Source: an uncultured Clostridium sp.
GTDB lineage: Bacteria > Bacillota > Clostridia > TANB77 > CAG-508
NCBI GenBank assembly: GCA_948437895.1
Contig: CAOJKK010000002.1
Location: 8,116-72,115 of the forward strand
Reading direction: 5' to 3'
DNA: 64,000 nt
Shown piece by piece: positions 37,656-48,671 of this stretch. Numbering within the stretch: the stretch's first letter is position 1; every line of letters starts with the position of its first letter. The translations under genes and the position numbers were made by a program. The notes beneath the pieces were generated by a model. That model saw only the letters and a program-made list of their open reading frames with translations. It made no database searches and was not told the DNA's origin.

Positions 37656-38300
37656 ATGAAAATAATATATGGAAGTGGAAATGCTGGGAAAGTTCAAGAA
37701 GTAAAAGAATTGTTCAAAAATAATAAAATAGATGTAGAGTTATTATCTTTAAAAGATATAAACTTTAATGAAGAAATAGATGAGAACGGAAAAACATTTG
37801 AAGAGAATTCTTTAATTAAAGCAAAAGCAATAAAGGATTTTTGCACAAGAAATAATATAAATGAAATAATAATAACAGATGATGCTGGATTATGTGTAGA
37901 TGCATTAGATGGAAGACCTGGTGTATATAGTGCGAGATATGCAGGAGATCATGCACCACAGGAAGAAGTAATAAATAAATTACTAAGTGAACTTGAAAAT
38001 GTACCTGATGAAAAAAGGACAGCACAATTTGTTTGTGTGTTAACAGCAATTTTAAAAGATGGAAGAATAATTGTAGCAAGAGGAGAAACAAAGGGAAGAA
38101 TAGCAAAAGTTCCAGGACCTATGGGAAAACTTACATATGGACCTATATTTGAGCCAGATGAATATGGAAAAGTTATGAATGAGTTAACACCTGAACAATT
38201 AAAACATACACATAGAGAGAAAGCATTAGTTGAACTATTAAATAAAATGCATGAATTAAAATATGGGGGGGATTCATATGAAAATATCATTTTATACTAA
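37656..38300 (+). CDS. rdgB: dITP/XTP pyrophosphatase (RdgB/HAM1)
   Basis: SGNAGKVQE, DDAGLCVDALDGRPGVYSARY, FVCVL, GYDPIF-like motifs. Confidence 0.85.
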   Translation: MKIIYGSGNAGKVQEVKELFKNNKIDVELLSLKDINFNEEIDENGKTFEENSLIKAKAIKDFCTRNNINEIIITDDAGLCVDALDGRPGVYSARYAGDHAPQEEVINKLLSELENVPDEKRTAQFVCVLTAILKDGRIIVARGETKGRIAKVPGPMGKLTYGPIFEPDEYGKVMNELTPEQLKHTHREKALVELLNKMHELKYGGDSYENIILY

Positions 38301-39432
38301 TTTTCTTACACACCACCAATTACCTTTCTGCTTAGAAATGTATAAGAAATATGGGGAGAATTTTAAGTTTGTATCAACTGTTAAAATAAATGAAGAAAGA
38401 TTAAGTTTAGGATACAAAGATATGGATAATGATTATCCTTTTGTTTTAAAAGCTTATGAAAGTGAAGAAAAATATAAGGAAGCAATGAAACTTGCTTTGG
38501 ATAGTGATGTAGTTATAATGGGATCAACTCAGACAGATGAATATATAACTGAGAGATTAAAGCAAGATAAACTAACATTTAGATATTATGCTAGGATTTT
38601 CTATAAAGGAATATTTAGCATATTTGATTTTAAAAACTTGAATATAGTTTATAACAAACATTTTAAATATAGAAAAAATAAAAATTTATATTTATTATGT
38701 GCAAGTGGTTATGGGCCAAATGATTTTAATAAATTAGGAATGTACCTAGAAAAATGTTTCAAATGGGGATATTTCCCAGAGACCAAAATATATGATGAAA
38801 AAGAACTGATGTTAAAAAAAGAAAATGATACGATAAACATTGTTTGGGTTGGACGTTTTATAAAATGGAAAAAACCAGAGATCATGATTAAACTAGCTCA
38901 AAAATTAAAGAAAAATAATTATAAGTTTGAGATAAAAATGATAGGTAATGGTGTTTTATTTAATAAAACACAAAAACAAATTGAAAAATACAAATTACAA
39001 AATGAAGTCAAATTAATTGGAGCTGTGGATAGTGATAAGGTAAGAGACTATATGGAAAAGTCTAATATATTTATATGTACAAGCGATAGAACAGAAAGAT
39101 GGGGAGTAGTACTAAATGAAGCTATGAATAGTGGATGTGCAACTGTTGCATATAAGGGAATTGGAGGAGTGCCTTTTCTAATAAATAATAAAAACAATGG
39201 ATTTGCATACTCAGACTTTAATAATTTATACAATAAAACAGAAAAATTAATTAGTGATAAAGAATTGAGAGAAAAGATTTCAATAAATGCTTATAAAACA
39301 ATATCTGAAATATGGACAGCAGATAATGCAACAAATAATTTTGAGTTGCTAATAAATTCAATAATTAACAAAACAGAAAATCCAGTAAAAGATGGACCTG
39401 CAAGTAATGCATATCCATTTAAGAGTAAATAG
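38278..39432 (+). CDS. glycosyltransferase family 1 protein
   Basis: C-terminal ERWGVVLNEAMNSGCATVA (E..G....EAM..G) motif. Confidence 0.65.
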   Translation: MKISFYTNFLTHHQLPFCLEMYKKYGENFKFVSTVKINEERLSLGYKDMDNDYPFVLKAYESEEKYKEAMKLALDSDVVIMGSTQTDEYITERLKQDKLTFRYYARIFYKGIFSIFDFKNLNIVYNKHFKYRKNKNLYLLCASGYGPNDFNKLGMYLEKCFKWGYFPETKIYDEKELMLKKENDTINIVWVGRFIKWKKPEIMIKLAQKLKKNNYKFEIKMIGNGVLFNKTQKQIEKYKLQNEVKLIGAVDSDKVRDYMEKSNIFICTSDRTERWGVVLNEAMNSGCATVAYKGIGGVPFLINNKNNGFAYSDFNNLYNKTEKLISDKELREKISINAYKTISEIWTADNATNNFELLINSIINKTENPVKDGPASNAYPFKSK

Positions 39433-39521
39433 TTGATTTTAAAAAAACTTTTATGATAAAATGCTCTTGTAAAATACACATATAAATCATACTAATAAAT
39501 ATATATTAGATGGAGGATAAA

Positions 39522-40685
39522 ATGAAAGAAGAAATAAAGTCTAAATTTGAAGAATTATTTGGTAGTGAAGGGGATATCAAAGTATATTTTGCACCAGGAA
39601 GAGTTAATTTAATAGGAGAACATACTGACTATAACGGAGGACACGTTTTTCCGTGCGCTCTTACAATGGGTACATATGCAGTAGCAAGAAAAAGAAGTGA
39701 TAATAAACTAAGATTTTACTCAATGAATTTTGAAAAAATAGGTGTTTTAGAAAGTACAATAGATGAATTAAAATATAATCAAGAAGAAGATTGGATTAAT
39801 TATCCTAAAGCAATGATATGGGCATTAAAAAGTGAAGGATACAAAATAGATACAGGATTTGATATTGTATACAATGGAACAATACCAAACGGAGCAGGAC
39901 TTTCATCATCTGCATCAATAGAAGTTTTAACAGGATTTGTCTTAAAAGATTTATTCGGATTAGATGTTGATATGGTAAAAATTGCCTTACTTGGACAAAA
40001 AGCAGAAAATCAATATGTAGGTGTAAACTGTGGAATAATGGACCAATTCATAATAGCAAATGGAAAAAAAGATTGTGCAGTATTTTTAGATACAGCAACA
40101 CTAGAATATGAATATGCGCCAGTAAAACTAGAAAATGAAAAAATAGTAATAATGAATACAAACAAAAAGAGAGGACTTGGGGATTCTAAGTATAATGAAA
40201 GAAGAGCAGAGTGTGAAAAAGCTTTAGAAGAATTACAAGAAAAACTAGATATAAAAACACTTGGAGAGTTAACAGAAGAAGAATTTGAAGCAAACAAATA
40301 TTTAATTAAAGATGAAAATAGACAAAAAAGAGCAAAGCATGCAGTATATGAAAATCAAAGAACAATAAAAGCTGTAAAAGCACTTGAAGATAATAAAATA
40401 GATTTACTAGGAGAATTAATGATAGCATCACATAATTCTTTAAGAGATGACTATGAAGTAACAGGAAAAGAACTAGACACATTAGTAGAAGAAAGCTTAA
40501 AGCAAGACGGAGTAGTTGGAGCTAGAATGACAGGAGCAGGATTCGGAGGATGTGCAGTAAGTATAGTAAAGAAAGATAAAGTAGAAGACTTTATAAAAAA
40601 TGTAGGAAAAGCATACAAAGAAAAAATAGGATATGAAGCAGACTTTTATGCTGTTGAAATAGGAGATGGACCAATAGTATTATAA
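39522..40685 (+). CDS. galK: galactokinase
   Basis: GRVNLIGEHTDYNGG signature and GHMP motif PNGAGLSSSAS. Confidence 0.92.
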   Translation: MKEEIKSKFEELFGSEGDIKVYFAPGRVNLIGEHTDYNGGHVFPCALTMGTYAVARKRSDNKLRFYSMNFEKIGVLESTIDELKYNQEEDWINYPKAMIWALKSEGYKIDTGFDIVYNGTIPNGAGLSSSASIEVLTGFVLKDLFGLDVDMVKIALLGQKAENQYVGVNCGIMDQFIIANGKKDCAVFLDTATLEYEYAPVKLENEKIVIMNTNKKRGLGDSKYNERRAECEKALEELQEKLDIKTLGELTEEEFEANKYLIKDENRQKRAKHAVYENQRTIKAVKALEDNKIDLLGELMIASHNSLRDDYEVTGKELDTLVEESLKQDGVVGARMTGAGFGGCAVSIVKKDKVEDFIKNVGKAYKEKIGYEADFYAVEIGDGPIVL

Positions 40686-40695
40686 AATTAAGATA

Positions 40696-40735
40696 AGAGG
40701 CGAGTATTACTCGTCTCTTACATTTTGTCGTTTTT
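40696..40735 (+). terminator. rho-independent terminator
   Basis: Stem aagaggcgagta / tactcgtctct, with T-rich sequence downstream. Confidence 0.6.
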
Positions 40736-40977
40736 TGAAATACGAAAATTATTTACAAATTTTAAAAGATAGTGTTTAATATAAATAGATATATCTTAAA
40801 ATTTAAATCTATTAATTTTAATATCTATAGATATAATAAAACAAATTATCAATATTTTTTAATCAGATAATTTGAATTCCAAGAAAAAACCAAAAAGCAT
40901 TTCAATATGTTTGTTAATTGTGCTCAAAATATTGCATAAGCAAATTATATTATGCTAAAATAAGGAGGAAGTAAATA

Positions 40978-41304
40978 TTGAATAGAGAGTTATTAAATAT
41001 AGAAAGTATAAGAAAATGTATATCAAGAAGAAATATAATTTGGACAAAACATTGTTTAAACAGAATAAATCAAAGAAATATATTAATAGCAGATATAAAA
41101 ACCGCAATAAATAATGGAAAGATTATTGAATACTATTATGAGGATTATCCATATCCAAGTTGTTTAATTATAGGAAAAGATACAAATGATAATATAGTAC
41201 ATATAGTATGTGGGATGAACAATAATTTGGCTTTTATTATAACCGCTTATCATCCAGACAGCGATGAATGGGAAGAAGATATGAAAACAAGGAGGGAAGA
41301 ATAA
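40978..41304 (+). CDS. DUF4258-domain protein (putative TA toxin)
   Basis: IIWTKHCLNRINQRNI...HIVCG...IITAYHPD pattern. TTG start after aaggagg. Confidence 0.6.
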   Translation: MNRELLNIESIRKCISRRNIIWTKHCLNRINQRNILIADIKTAINNGKIIEYYYEDYPYPSCLIIGKDTNDNIVHIVCGMNNNLAFIITAYHPDSDEWEEDMKTRREE

Positions 41305-41534
41305 TGAATTGTTTTAAATGTGAAGGAAAATTAATAGAAAAGAAAGTGAATTATATGGTAGACCTTGAAAGCACAATCATTATTATAAAAGAAGTTCCAG
41401 CGAGAGTATGTACTCAATGTGGAGAACAATATTTTGATGATGAAACATCAGAAAATATTGAAATTATAGTTAATAAATTAAAAGACTTATCAACAGAAGT
41501 AACTATTATAAATTACAAAGAAAATGTAGCATAA
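41304..41534 (+). CDS. YgiT-type zinc-finger protein (MqsA-N-like putative antitoxin)
   Basis: CxxC...CxxC (CFKCEG ... CTQCGE). TAATG overlap with the upstream gene. Confidence 0.6.
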   Translation: MNCFKCEGKLIEKKVNYMVDLESTIIIIKEVPARVCTQCGEQYFDDETSENIEIIVNKLKDLSTEVTIINYKENVA

Positions 41535-41553
41535 TTATAAAGAAGGAAGTAAT

Positions 41554-42360
41554 ATGAGTATTATAGGTATTGATATAGGAAGTTCAACAATAAAAATAGT
41601 AGAATATGAAAATAGTAAAATTCTAAACAAAGCTATTTCAGAAAATAAAGATTATGAATTAGTGCTTGATAACTTTATAATTCAAAATAATATAAAAGAA
41701 ATAGACAAAATTGTTGTAACAGGAATAAATGCTAAAAAGATAAATTTGAATAAATATGATGTACCAGTAGAATTTGTGGAAGAATTTATTGCAATAGGAA
41801 CAGGCGGATTATACTTATCTGAAAAAGAAAGAGCAATTATTGCAAGTATTGGAACAGGAACAGCATTGATAAGAGCAGAAAAAGGGAGAGAATCTAAACA
41901 TTTAGGAGGAACTGGTGTAGGAGCAGGAACACTAACCAATCTTTGTAATAAATTTGCAAGTACTAAATCTTTTGAAGAAATAATAGAATTATCTAAAAAA
42001 GGAGATTTAAGTAAGATTGACTTAAGAATTGCAGATTTAACAGATGAAGATATAAAAACACTTCCACCAGAACTTACTTTAGCAAATTTCGGAAAATTGC
42101 AAGAAAATGCAAACAAAGCTGACGTTGTGATGGGAATTGTAAATATGGTATTTGAAGTAATAGGAATGATGACAGCATTTGCAAGTATAAATGATAATAT
42201 CAAAGATGTCGTGCTAATAGGAAATATTACATGCATACCAGTAGTAAAAGATGTTATGAATAAGATAGAAAAAACTCATGGACTGTCTTTCATAATACCA
42301 GAAAATGCACAATATGGAGTTGCCATTGGTGCAATAAAAAGTATAGAAAAAAATCTTTAA
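41554..42360 (+). CDS. coaW: type II pantothenate kinase
   Basis: GIDIGSSTIKIV, SIGTGTAL, GGTGVGAGT and ANFG line up with the staphylococcal CoaW pattern as I recall it. Confidence 0.7.
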   Translation: MSIIGIDIGSSTIKIVEYENSKILNKAISENKDYELVLDNFIIQNNIKEIDKIVVTGINAKKINLNKYDVPVEFVEEFIAIGTGGLYLSEKERAIIASIGTGTALIRAEKGRESKHLGGTGVGAGTLTNLCNKFASTKSFEEIIELSKKGDLSKIDLRIADLTDEDIKTLPPELTLANFGKLQENANKADVVMGIVNMVFEVIGMMTAFASINDNIKDVVLIGNITCIPVVKDVMNKIEKTHGLSFIIPENAQYGVAIGAIKSIEKNL

Positions 42361-42377
42361 AATTTATTAAAAATCAT

Positions 42378-42406
42378 TTGACAAAGACATGCTTTTAATA
42401 GATAAT
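42378..42406 (+). promoter_or_regulatory. sigma-A type promoter
   Basis: ttgaca, 17-nt spacer, gataat. Confidence 0.55.
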
Positions 42407-42474
42407 TAATATGTTGAATTGAAATTAAGAACACAAGAAAAAACATTTTAAGTTACAAAGGAGGTACATTATAA

Positions 42475-45036
42475 ATGTACATATTTAATAAGATTACAGT
42501 AAATCCACAACTACCTAAAAAAATAGAAAGACTATCTGAAATATCAAATAATTTATGGTGGTCATGGAACACAGAATTTCTAAAATTATTTAAAAAAATC
42601 GATATAGATTTATGGGAGAAAATAGGTAAAAATCCTGTAAAATTTCTAAAACAAGTTGACCAAGAAAAATTAGAAAGAATTGCTGAAGATTCTGAATTTT
42701 TAAAAGAATATAATAGAAATGTAGAAAATTTTGAAGGCTACATGAACAGTAAAAATACTTGGTTTAACAAAACTTATCCAGAAAACAAAAATGATTTAAT
42801 TGCATATTTTTCAGCAGAATATGGATTGGATGAAATACTTCCAATATATTCTGGAGGACTTGGTATTCTTTCTGGAGACCATTTAAAATCTTCAAGTGAT
42901 TTAGGACTTCCATTAGTGGCAGTAGGTTTGTTATATAAAAATGGATACTTCCATCAAAAAATAAACAATATTGGTATGCAAGAAAGTGAATATCATGACA
43001 TTGATTTAAGTAATTTGCCAATAACTCCTGTAAAAAGAGAAACAGGAGAAGATTTAATTATATCTGTAAAAATGCCTAATTCTAGAGTATACTTAAAAGT
43101 TTGGAAAATAGCAGTAGGTAGAATAAATCTATACTTACTAGATTCAGATATAGAAGAAAATAGCGAAGAATATAGAGGAATAACGCTAAGACTTTATGGT
43201 GGGGACCAAGAAATGAGAATTCAGCAAGAAATAGTTCTAGGAATAGGAGGAGTAACATTGCTTAAAGAACTAGGGCTTGTTCCAACTGTTTATCATATGA
43301 ACGAAGGTCATTCATCATTCTTAGTATTAGAATTAATAAAAAATATAATGGAAGAGAAAAAGGTTTCTTTCAATATAGCAAGGGATATAGTAACAGCAAA
43401 AACTGTATTTACAACACATACACCAGTACCAGCAGGAAATGACATATTCCCAACTGATTTAGTAGAAAGATATTTTGATGGATTTTGGAAAAAACTTGGA
43501 CTTTCTAAAGAAGAATTCTTAGAATTAGGAATGAAACCAAGAGAAGAAAATAAAACAACATTCAATATGGGAATATTAGCATTAAAAGTAGCTGGTAAGA
43601 AAAATGGAGTAAGCAAATTACATGGAGCAGTTTCAAGAGAACTATTTGGTGATGTATGGCCAGAAATTGCACCAAATGAATCTCCAATAACATATGTAAC
43701 AAATGGTGTACACACATGTACATGGCTTGCACCAACTTTAAAGGAATTATATAACAAATATTTAACACCATTCTGGCAAGATAAAATTCATTTAAACGAA
43801 ACATGGGAAAAAATAAATGATATTCCAGATGAAGAATTATGGAATGAACATAGATTAAGAAAAGAAAAATTATTAAGTCTAGTAAAAGCAAATGTAACAA
43901 ACAGACTAAGAAATTCGGGTATGCATTATGATGAAATAAAAGAGATAACATCAAAACTAAATCCAGATGCATTAACAATAGGATTTTCAAGGAGATTTGC
44001 TACATACAAAAGAGCTACATTAATATTTAAAGATTTAGAAAGAATAACACAAATACTAAACGACGAATCAAGACCAGTACAATTAATATTTGCAGGAAAA
44101 GCTCATCCTAAAGATATTGAAGGACAAAACTTAATAAAAAGAATACATGAAATATCAATGATGCCACAATTCAAAGGTAAGATATTCTTGCTTGAAGGAT
44201 ATGATATGGCAATGGCAAGACACTTAATATCTGGAGTAGATGTATGGCTTAATAATCCAAGAAGACCAATGGAAGCATCTGGTACAAGTGGTGAAAAGGC
44301 ATCTGTAAATGGTGTTGTAAACTTTAGTATTTTAGATGGATGGTGGGCAGAAGGATATAATCAAAAAAATGGTTGGGCAATTGGAACAAATGCAGAATAC
44401 TATTCTTATGAAGAACAAGATAAGGCAGATAGTGATAGTATTTATAGTATTTTAGAAAATAAAATAATACCTGCATATTATAACCAAGAAAATGGAATAT
44501 CTAAAGACTGGATTGAATATATGAAAAACTCTATAATTTCAACAGGTGGAAATTACAGTATGGCAAGAATGATTACTGATTATACAAGTAAGCTATATAT
44601 TCCATTATGCAATTTAACAAATAAATACTTTAACAACCTAGAGTTGGTTACAGACTATAACAGAGTTAAAGAAGACTTGTATTCAAATTGGAATGATATT
44701 GAAATTACTCAAAACAATAATTTAGATAATATTTCAATGGATGCTGGAAAGAATATAGAAGTATCTTGCAATGTTAAACTACCAAATATAAATGTTGAAA
44801 ACATCGAAGCACAAGTATATTATGGAAAAATACTTGATAATGGTACAATAGAAAATATAAGCATAATTCCAATGAATTTAGTTGATAGCAATACTGAAGA
44901 AAAGGTATATACATATAATGCTAAAATAGAATTAAAAACAGGTGGAAATTATGGATATACATTCAGAGTAATGCCAAAACATGAAATGCTTTTGGAAAGT
45001 AGCAATTTAAATCTAGTAAAATGGATAACAAAATAA
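42475..45036 (+). CDS. glgP: alpha-glucan (glycogen/maltodextrin) phosphorylase, GT35
   Basis: 853 aa. AYFSAEYG, GGLGILSGD, HMNEGHS, EASGTSGEKA (PLP lysine region). Confidence 0.88.
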   Translation: MYIFNKITVNPQLPKKIERLSEISNNLWWSWNTEFLKLFKKIDIDLWEKIGKNPVKFLKQVDQEKLERIAEDSEFLKEYNRNVENFEGYMNSKNTWFNKTYPENKNDLIAYFSAEYGLDEILPIYSGGLGILSGDHLKSSSDLGLPLVAVGLLYKNGYFHQKINNIGMQESEYHDIDLSNLPITPVKRETGEDLIISVKMPNSRVYLKVWKIAVGRINLYLLDSDIEENSEEYRGITLRLYGGDQEMRIQQEIVLGIGGVTLLKELGLVPTVYHMNEGHSSFLVLELIKNIMEEKKVSFNIARDIVTAKTVFTTHTPVPAGNDIFPTDLVERYFDGFWKKLGLSKEEFLELGMKPREENKTTFNMGILALKVAGKKNGVSKLHGAVSRELFGDVWPEIAPNESPITYVTNGVHTCTWLAPTLKELYNKYLTPFWQDKIHLNETWEKINDIPDEELWNEHRLRKEKLLSLVKANVTNRLRNSGMHYDEIKEITSKLNPDALTIGFSRRFATYKRATLIFKDLERITQILNDESRPVQLIFAGKAHPKDIEGQNLIKRIHEISMMPQFKGKIFLLEGYDMAMARHLISGVDVWLNNPRRPMEASGTSGEKASVNGVVNFSILDGWWAEGYNQKNGWAIGTNAEYYSYEEQDKADSDSIYSILENKIIPAYYNQENGISKDWIEYMKNSIISTGGNYSMARMITDYTSKLYIPLCNLTNKYFNNLELVTDYNRVKEDLYSNWNDIEITQNNNLDNISMDAGKNIEVSCNVKLPNINVENIEAQVYYGKILDNGTIENISIIPMNLVDSNTEEKVYTYNAKIELKTGGNYGYTFRVMPKHEMLLESSNLNLVKWITK

Positions 45037-45045
45037 ATATAACTA

Positions 45046-45082
45046 AAAATCTTCTTTATAAAATTAAAGAAGATTTTTGTTT
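45046..45082 (+). terminator. rho-independent terminator
   Basis: 13-bp stem aaaatcttcttta / taaagaagatttt followed by a T-run. Confidence 0.85.
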
Positions 45083-45159
45083 ATGAATGTTGCAAAAATA
45101 ACTGTAAATAACTATAATATATAGAGAAAAAAACTGAAAACACAAAAAGAGGAGATTAT

Positions 45160-46599
45160 ATGAGAAAAACTAAAATAGTATGTACTTTAGGACCTGCTAC
45201 AGACGACCCTAAAGTTTTAAAAGAATTAATGCTTGCAGGTATGAATGTTGGAAGAATTAACTTTTCACATGGAAATTACAAAGATCAAGCAGGAAGAATA
45301 AATTTGTTTAAATCAGTAAGAGATGAGCTAGGTTTACCCATACCGCTTTTACTAGATACTCAAGGACCTGAAATAAGAATTGGAAAATTTAAGGAACCAA
45401 AGGTATTATTAAAAGCAGGAAAAACATTTACTTTATTAAATGAAGATACATTAGGAGATGAAACAAAAGTATCTATAACATATAAGGATTTATATAAAGA
45501 TATAGAAATAGGCAAAACAATATTGATAAATGATGGAACAATAGAATTAACAGTAAAAGAAATTGTAGATAAAGATATTATTTGTGAAGTTGTACAAGGC
45601 GGATATTTAACAGATAGAAAAAGTATAAATGTACCAGATTTAGTTTTAAATTTACCAAGTATTACTAATAAAGATATAGATGATATTAAATATGGAATAG
45701 CATCTGGATTTGACTATATAGCAGCATCATTTGTTAGAAAGCAAAAAGATGTATTAGCAATCAAAGAAGTTTTGAAAGAGAATGGCGGTAAAGATATAAA
45801 AGTTATATCTAAAATAGAAAATAGAGAAGGTATAAATAACTTTGATGAAATTTTAGAGGTATCTGATGGAATAATGGTTGCGAGAGGAGATTTAGGTGTT
45901 GAAATTCCTATGGAAGAAGTACCTATTTATCAAAAACAATTTATTAAAAAAACATATGCCCAAGGGAAACCAGTAATTACAGCAACACAAATGTTAGAGT
46001 CAATGATAACAAATTCAAAACCAACTAGAGCAGAAGTAAGCGATATAGCTAATGCTATATATGATGGAAGTAGTGCAATAATGTTATCTGGAGAGACTGC
46101 AACAGGAGAGTACCCTATAGAGTGTGTTAAAGTAATGAATAGAGTTGCAATAGCAATCGAAAAATCTTTAAAATATTGGAAAAGATTTAAAAATAGGAAT
46201 TATGAATTAGAGAAATTTGACTATAACTTTAACATGAATTATTCAGTATGTATGTCTGCTGCAAACATTAAAGCAAAAGCAATAGTTGCTTATACAAACA
46301 CAGGAAGTACATCAAGAACTGTATCAAGCTTTGGACCAGAATGTCCAATATTTGCAATAACAGAAAACGAGAGAACATATAGACAACAAGGATTATGCTG
46401 GAATATAATACCTAAACTATTCCCGCATCAAGAAACTATAGATAAACTAGTTTATTTAGGAATAGATACATTAAAAAAAGAAGGATTCCTTCAAGAAGGA
46501 GATGTTGTAGCTATTGCAGGAGGAGCGAAGGCTGTTTGTGATTTGTCAGACAATGAAGCAAGTGTAAATAGTTCTATGGGAGGAATTGTTAAAATATAG
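45160..46599 (+). CDS. pyk: pyruvate kinase
   Basis: RKTKIVCTLGPA, NFSHG, MVARGDLGVEIP. Confidence 0.93.
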   Translation: MRKTKIVCTLGPATDDPKVLKELMLAGMNVGRINFSHGNYKDQAGRINLFKSVRDELGLPIPLLLDTQGPEIRIGKFKEPKVLLKAGKTFTLLNEDTLGDETKVSITYKDLYKDIEIGKTILINDGTIELTVKEIVDKDIICEVVQGGYLTDRKSINVPDLVLNLPSITNKDIDDIKYGIASGFDYIAASFVRKQKDVLAIKEVLKENGGKDIKVISKIENREGINNFDEILEVSDGIMVARGDLGVEIPMEEVPIYQKQFIKKTYAQGKPVITATQMLESMITNSKPTRAEVSDIANAIYDGSSAIMLSGETATGEYPIECVKVMNRVAIAIEKSLKYWKRFKNRNYELEKFDYNFNMNYSVCMSAANIKAKAIVAYTNTGSTSRTVSSFGPECPIFAITENERTYRQQGLCWNIIPKLFPHQETIDKLVYLGIDTLKKEGFLQEGDVVAIAGGAKAVCDLSDNEASVNSSMGGIVKI

Positions 46600-46721
46600 T
46601 AATATAATTTAAATAGGGTATATAAGAAAGGTAACAGTAAAATGTTATCTTTTTTATTTGGTAACAAATAGTAAAAAAATATCATAATATGTAATATATA
46701 CAAAAATAAGGAGGAATTTTA

Positions 46722-47078
46722 ATGTATAGAAACTATATGCAAAAAAAATCATGCTGCTCTTGTAATTGCAAATGCGATAAGAAAGATGCAGATCTAATAG
46801 ATGATACTTGCGAATGTGTTAAAAATACTATGGATGTTCAAGATGTATGTGAATGCGGATTTGATGAAGAAGATAGATTATTTCCTGAAAATCCAATGCT
46901 TGCACAAAGCTATGTGCCATGGCAAACAATGGATAAAACATTTACTCCATGTGTTGGATTAAAAATGGGAACAATTTTTCCAGAATTAGTAAGCCCATAT
47001 ATGCCTGGACAATCAATGGAAGAAATTGAGTTTATTAGAAGAACAAATAAAATAGGAGAGGGGTGTAACAAATGCTAG
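46722..47078 (+). CDS. cotJA: spore coat-associated protein CotJA
   Basis: LAQSYVPWQ...GTIFPEL motif, and its position before cotJB/cotJC. Confidence 0.7.
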   Translation: MYRNYMQKKSCCSCNCKCDKKDADLIDDTCECVKNTMDVQDVCECGFDEEDRLFPENPMLAQSYVPWQTMDKTFTPCVGLKMGTIFPELVSPYMPGQSMEEIEFIRRTNKIGEGCNKC

Positions 47079-47395
47079 ACTGTAAAGAAAATAAATGTGA
47101 AAATTCTAAATGTGAAGAAAATAGAAAACATTGTGAATGTGGAAAAGATATGAGAAGACAAGAAATGATTGATCAAATAAAATGCTTAAGATTTTCAATA
47201 ATTGAACTTGGTCTATATTTGGATACACATCCTGAAGACCAAAAAGCATTATGTTTGCATAGAGAATATGCAAAACAATTAAAAGACTTAGAAGACAAAT
47301 ATCAAAAAATGTATGGGCCACTTACAATATTTTTCCCATGCAATAAATGGAGATGGCTTGAAGAACCATGGCCATGGGAAAGGGGGAATTATTAA
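47072..47395 (+). CDS. cotJB: spore coat protein CotJB
   Basis: LRFSIIELGLYLDTHPEDQKAL pattern. Confidence 0.75.
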   Translation: MLDCKENKCENSKCEENRKHCECGKDMRRQEMIDQIKCLRFSIIELGLYLDTHPEDQKALCLHREYAKQLKDLEDKYQKMYGPLTIFFPCNKWRWLEEPWPWERGNY

Positions 47396-47994
47396 TGTGG
47401 ACCTATAATAAAGTATTAGAATATCCAATAAATATTAAATGTCCAAATCCAAGACTTGCAAAAAATATAATATCTCAATATGGAGGACCTGATGGAGAAC
47501 TTGCAGCATCACTTAGATATTTATCTCAAAGATTTGGAATGCCAGATCAAAAATCAAAAGCTATATTAAATGATATAGGAACAGAAGAACTTGCTCACTT
47601 AGAAATGGTAGGAACTATAGTTCACCAATTAACAGATGGTGTATCTGCAGAAGAAATGGAAAAAGCAGGTTTAGGAGCATATTATACAGATCATGGCTTA
47701 GGAGTGTATCCTCAAGCTGCGGCTGGATGGCCATTTAGTGCAGCTGTATTAGCTGTAAAAGGTGATCCAATTGCAGATCTTCAAGAAGACCTTGCTGCTG
47801 AACAAAAAGCAAGAGCAACTTATGAAAAATTAATAGATTTATGCAAAGATGATCCAGATGTAATTGATCCACTTCGTTTCTTAAGAGAAAGAGAAGTAGT
47901 TCACTTCCAAAGATTTGGAGAAGCACTTAGAGGAGTACAAGACAAACTTGCAGAAAAGAAATTTTATATGAATAAAGATATAAAATGCAGATAA
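47395..47994 (+). CDS. cotJC: spore coat protein CotJC (manganese catalase family)
   Basis: MWTYNKVLEYP...GGPDGELAASLRYLSQRF...EELAHLEMV. TAATG overlap with cotJB. Confidence 0.88.
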   Translation: MWTYNKVLEYPINIKCPNPRLAKNIISQYGGPDGELAASLRYLSQRFGMPDQKSKAILNDIGTEELAHLEMVGTIVHQLTDGVSAEEMEKAGLGAYYTDHGLGVYPQAAAGWPFSAAVLAVKGDPIADLQEDLAAEQKARATYEKLIDLCKDDPDVIDPLRFLREREVVHFQRFGEALRGVQDKLAEKKFYMNKDIKCR

Positions 47995-48113
47995 AATTTT
48001 ATTATAAATTTTCAAAAAATTATAGGGGGTACCTTAAAAAGTATCTCCTATTTTTGTAAAACGGAGGAATAAGAGGATATATAATCTAATAAAATTATTA
48101 TTGGAGGGATTTT

Positions 48114-48626
48114 ATGATAAAAAAATATGAAATAATAAGTGCAATTTTTGTATGTATACTAGGTACTTTATTACATTTTACATATGAGTTTTCTGGAGAA
48201 AACACACTTGTGGCATCATTTTCGGCAGTCAATGAAAGTGTATGGGAACATCTAAAATTATTATTCTTTCCTATGTTACTCAGTACAATAATTGGTTATT
48301 TTTATATAGGGAAAAATATACCCAACTTTATATGTTCAAAAACTTTAGGAGTAATTGCATCTATGTTGTTTATAATAATATTTTTTTACACTTATACAGG
48401 AATTATAGGCAAAAGTATTGTCTTCATAGACATAGCATCATTTTTCATTGCTGTCATATTGGGTGAATATTTAGCTTATAAACTTATGATAAGTACCTTT
48501 AAGTGTAACAACGTAGTTTCTATAGTTGTTTTAACAATTATATTAATATGTTTTGTACTCTTTACTTATTATACTCCTAAGATAGAAATATTTAGGGATC
48601 CAGTAACAAATAATTATGGAATATAG
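48114..48626 (+). CDS. membrane protein, unknown function
   Basis: Five hydrophobic helices and its own SD. Confidence 0.5.
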   Translation: MIKKYEIISAIFVCILGTLLHFTYEFSGENTLVASFSAVNESVWEHLKLLFFPMLLSTIIGYFYIGKNIPNFICSKTLGVIASMLFIIIFFYTYTGIIGKSIVFIDIASFFIAVILGEYLAYKLMISTFKCNNVVSIVVLTIILICFVLFTYYTPKIEIFRDPVTNNYGI

Positions 48627-48662
48627 AAAAGCTCCTTCAATTATAATATTGAAGGAGCTTTT
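48627..48662. terminator. bidirectional terminator
   Basis: 14-bp stem aaaagctccttcaa / ttgaaggagctttt between convergent genes. Confidence 0.85.
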
Positions 48663-48671
48663 CTATATTAT

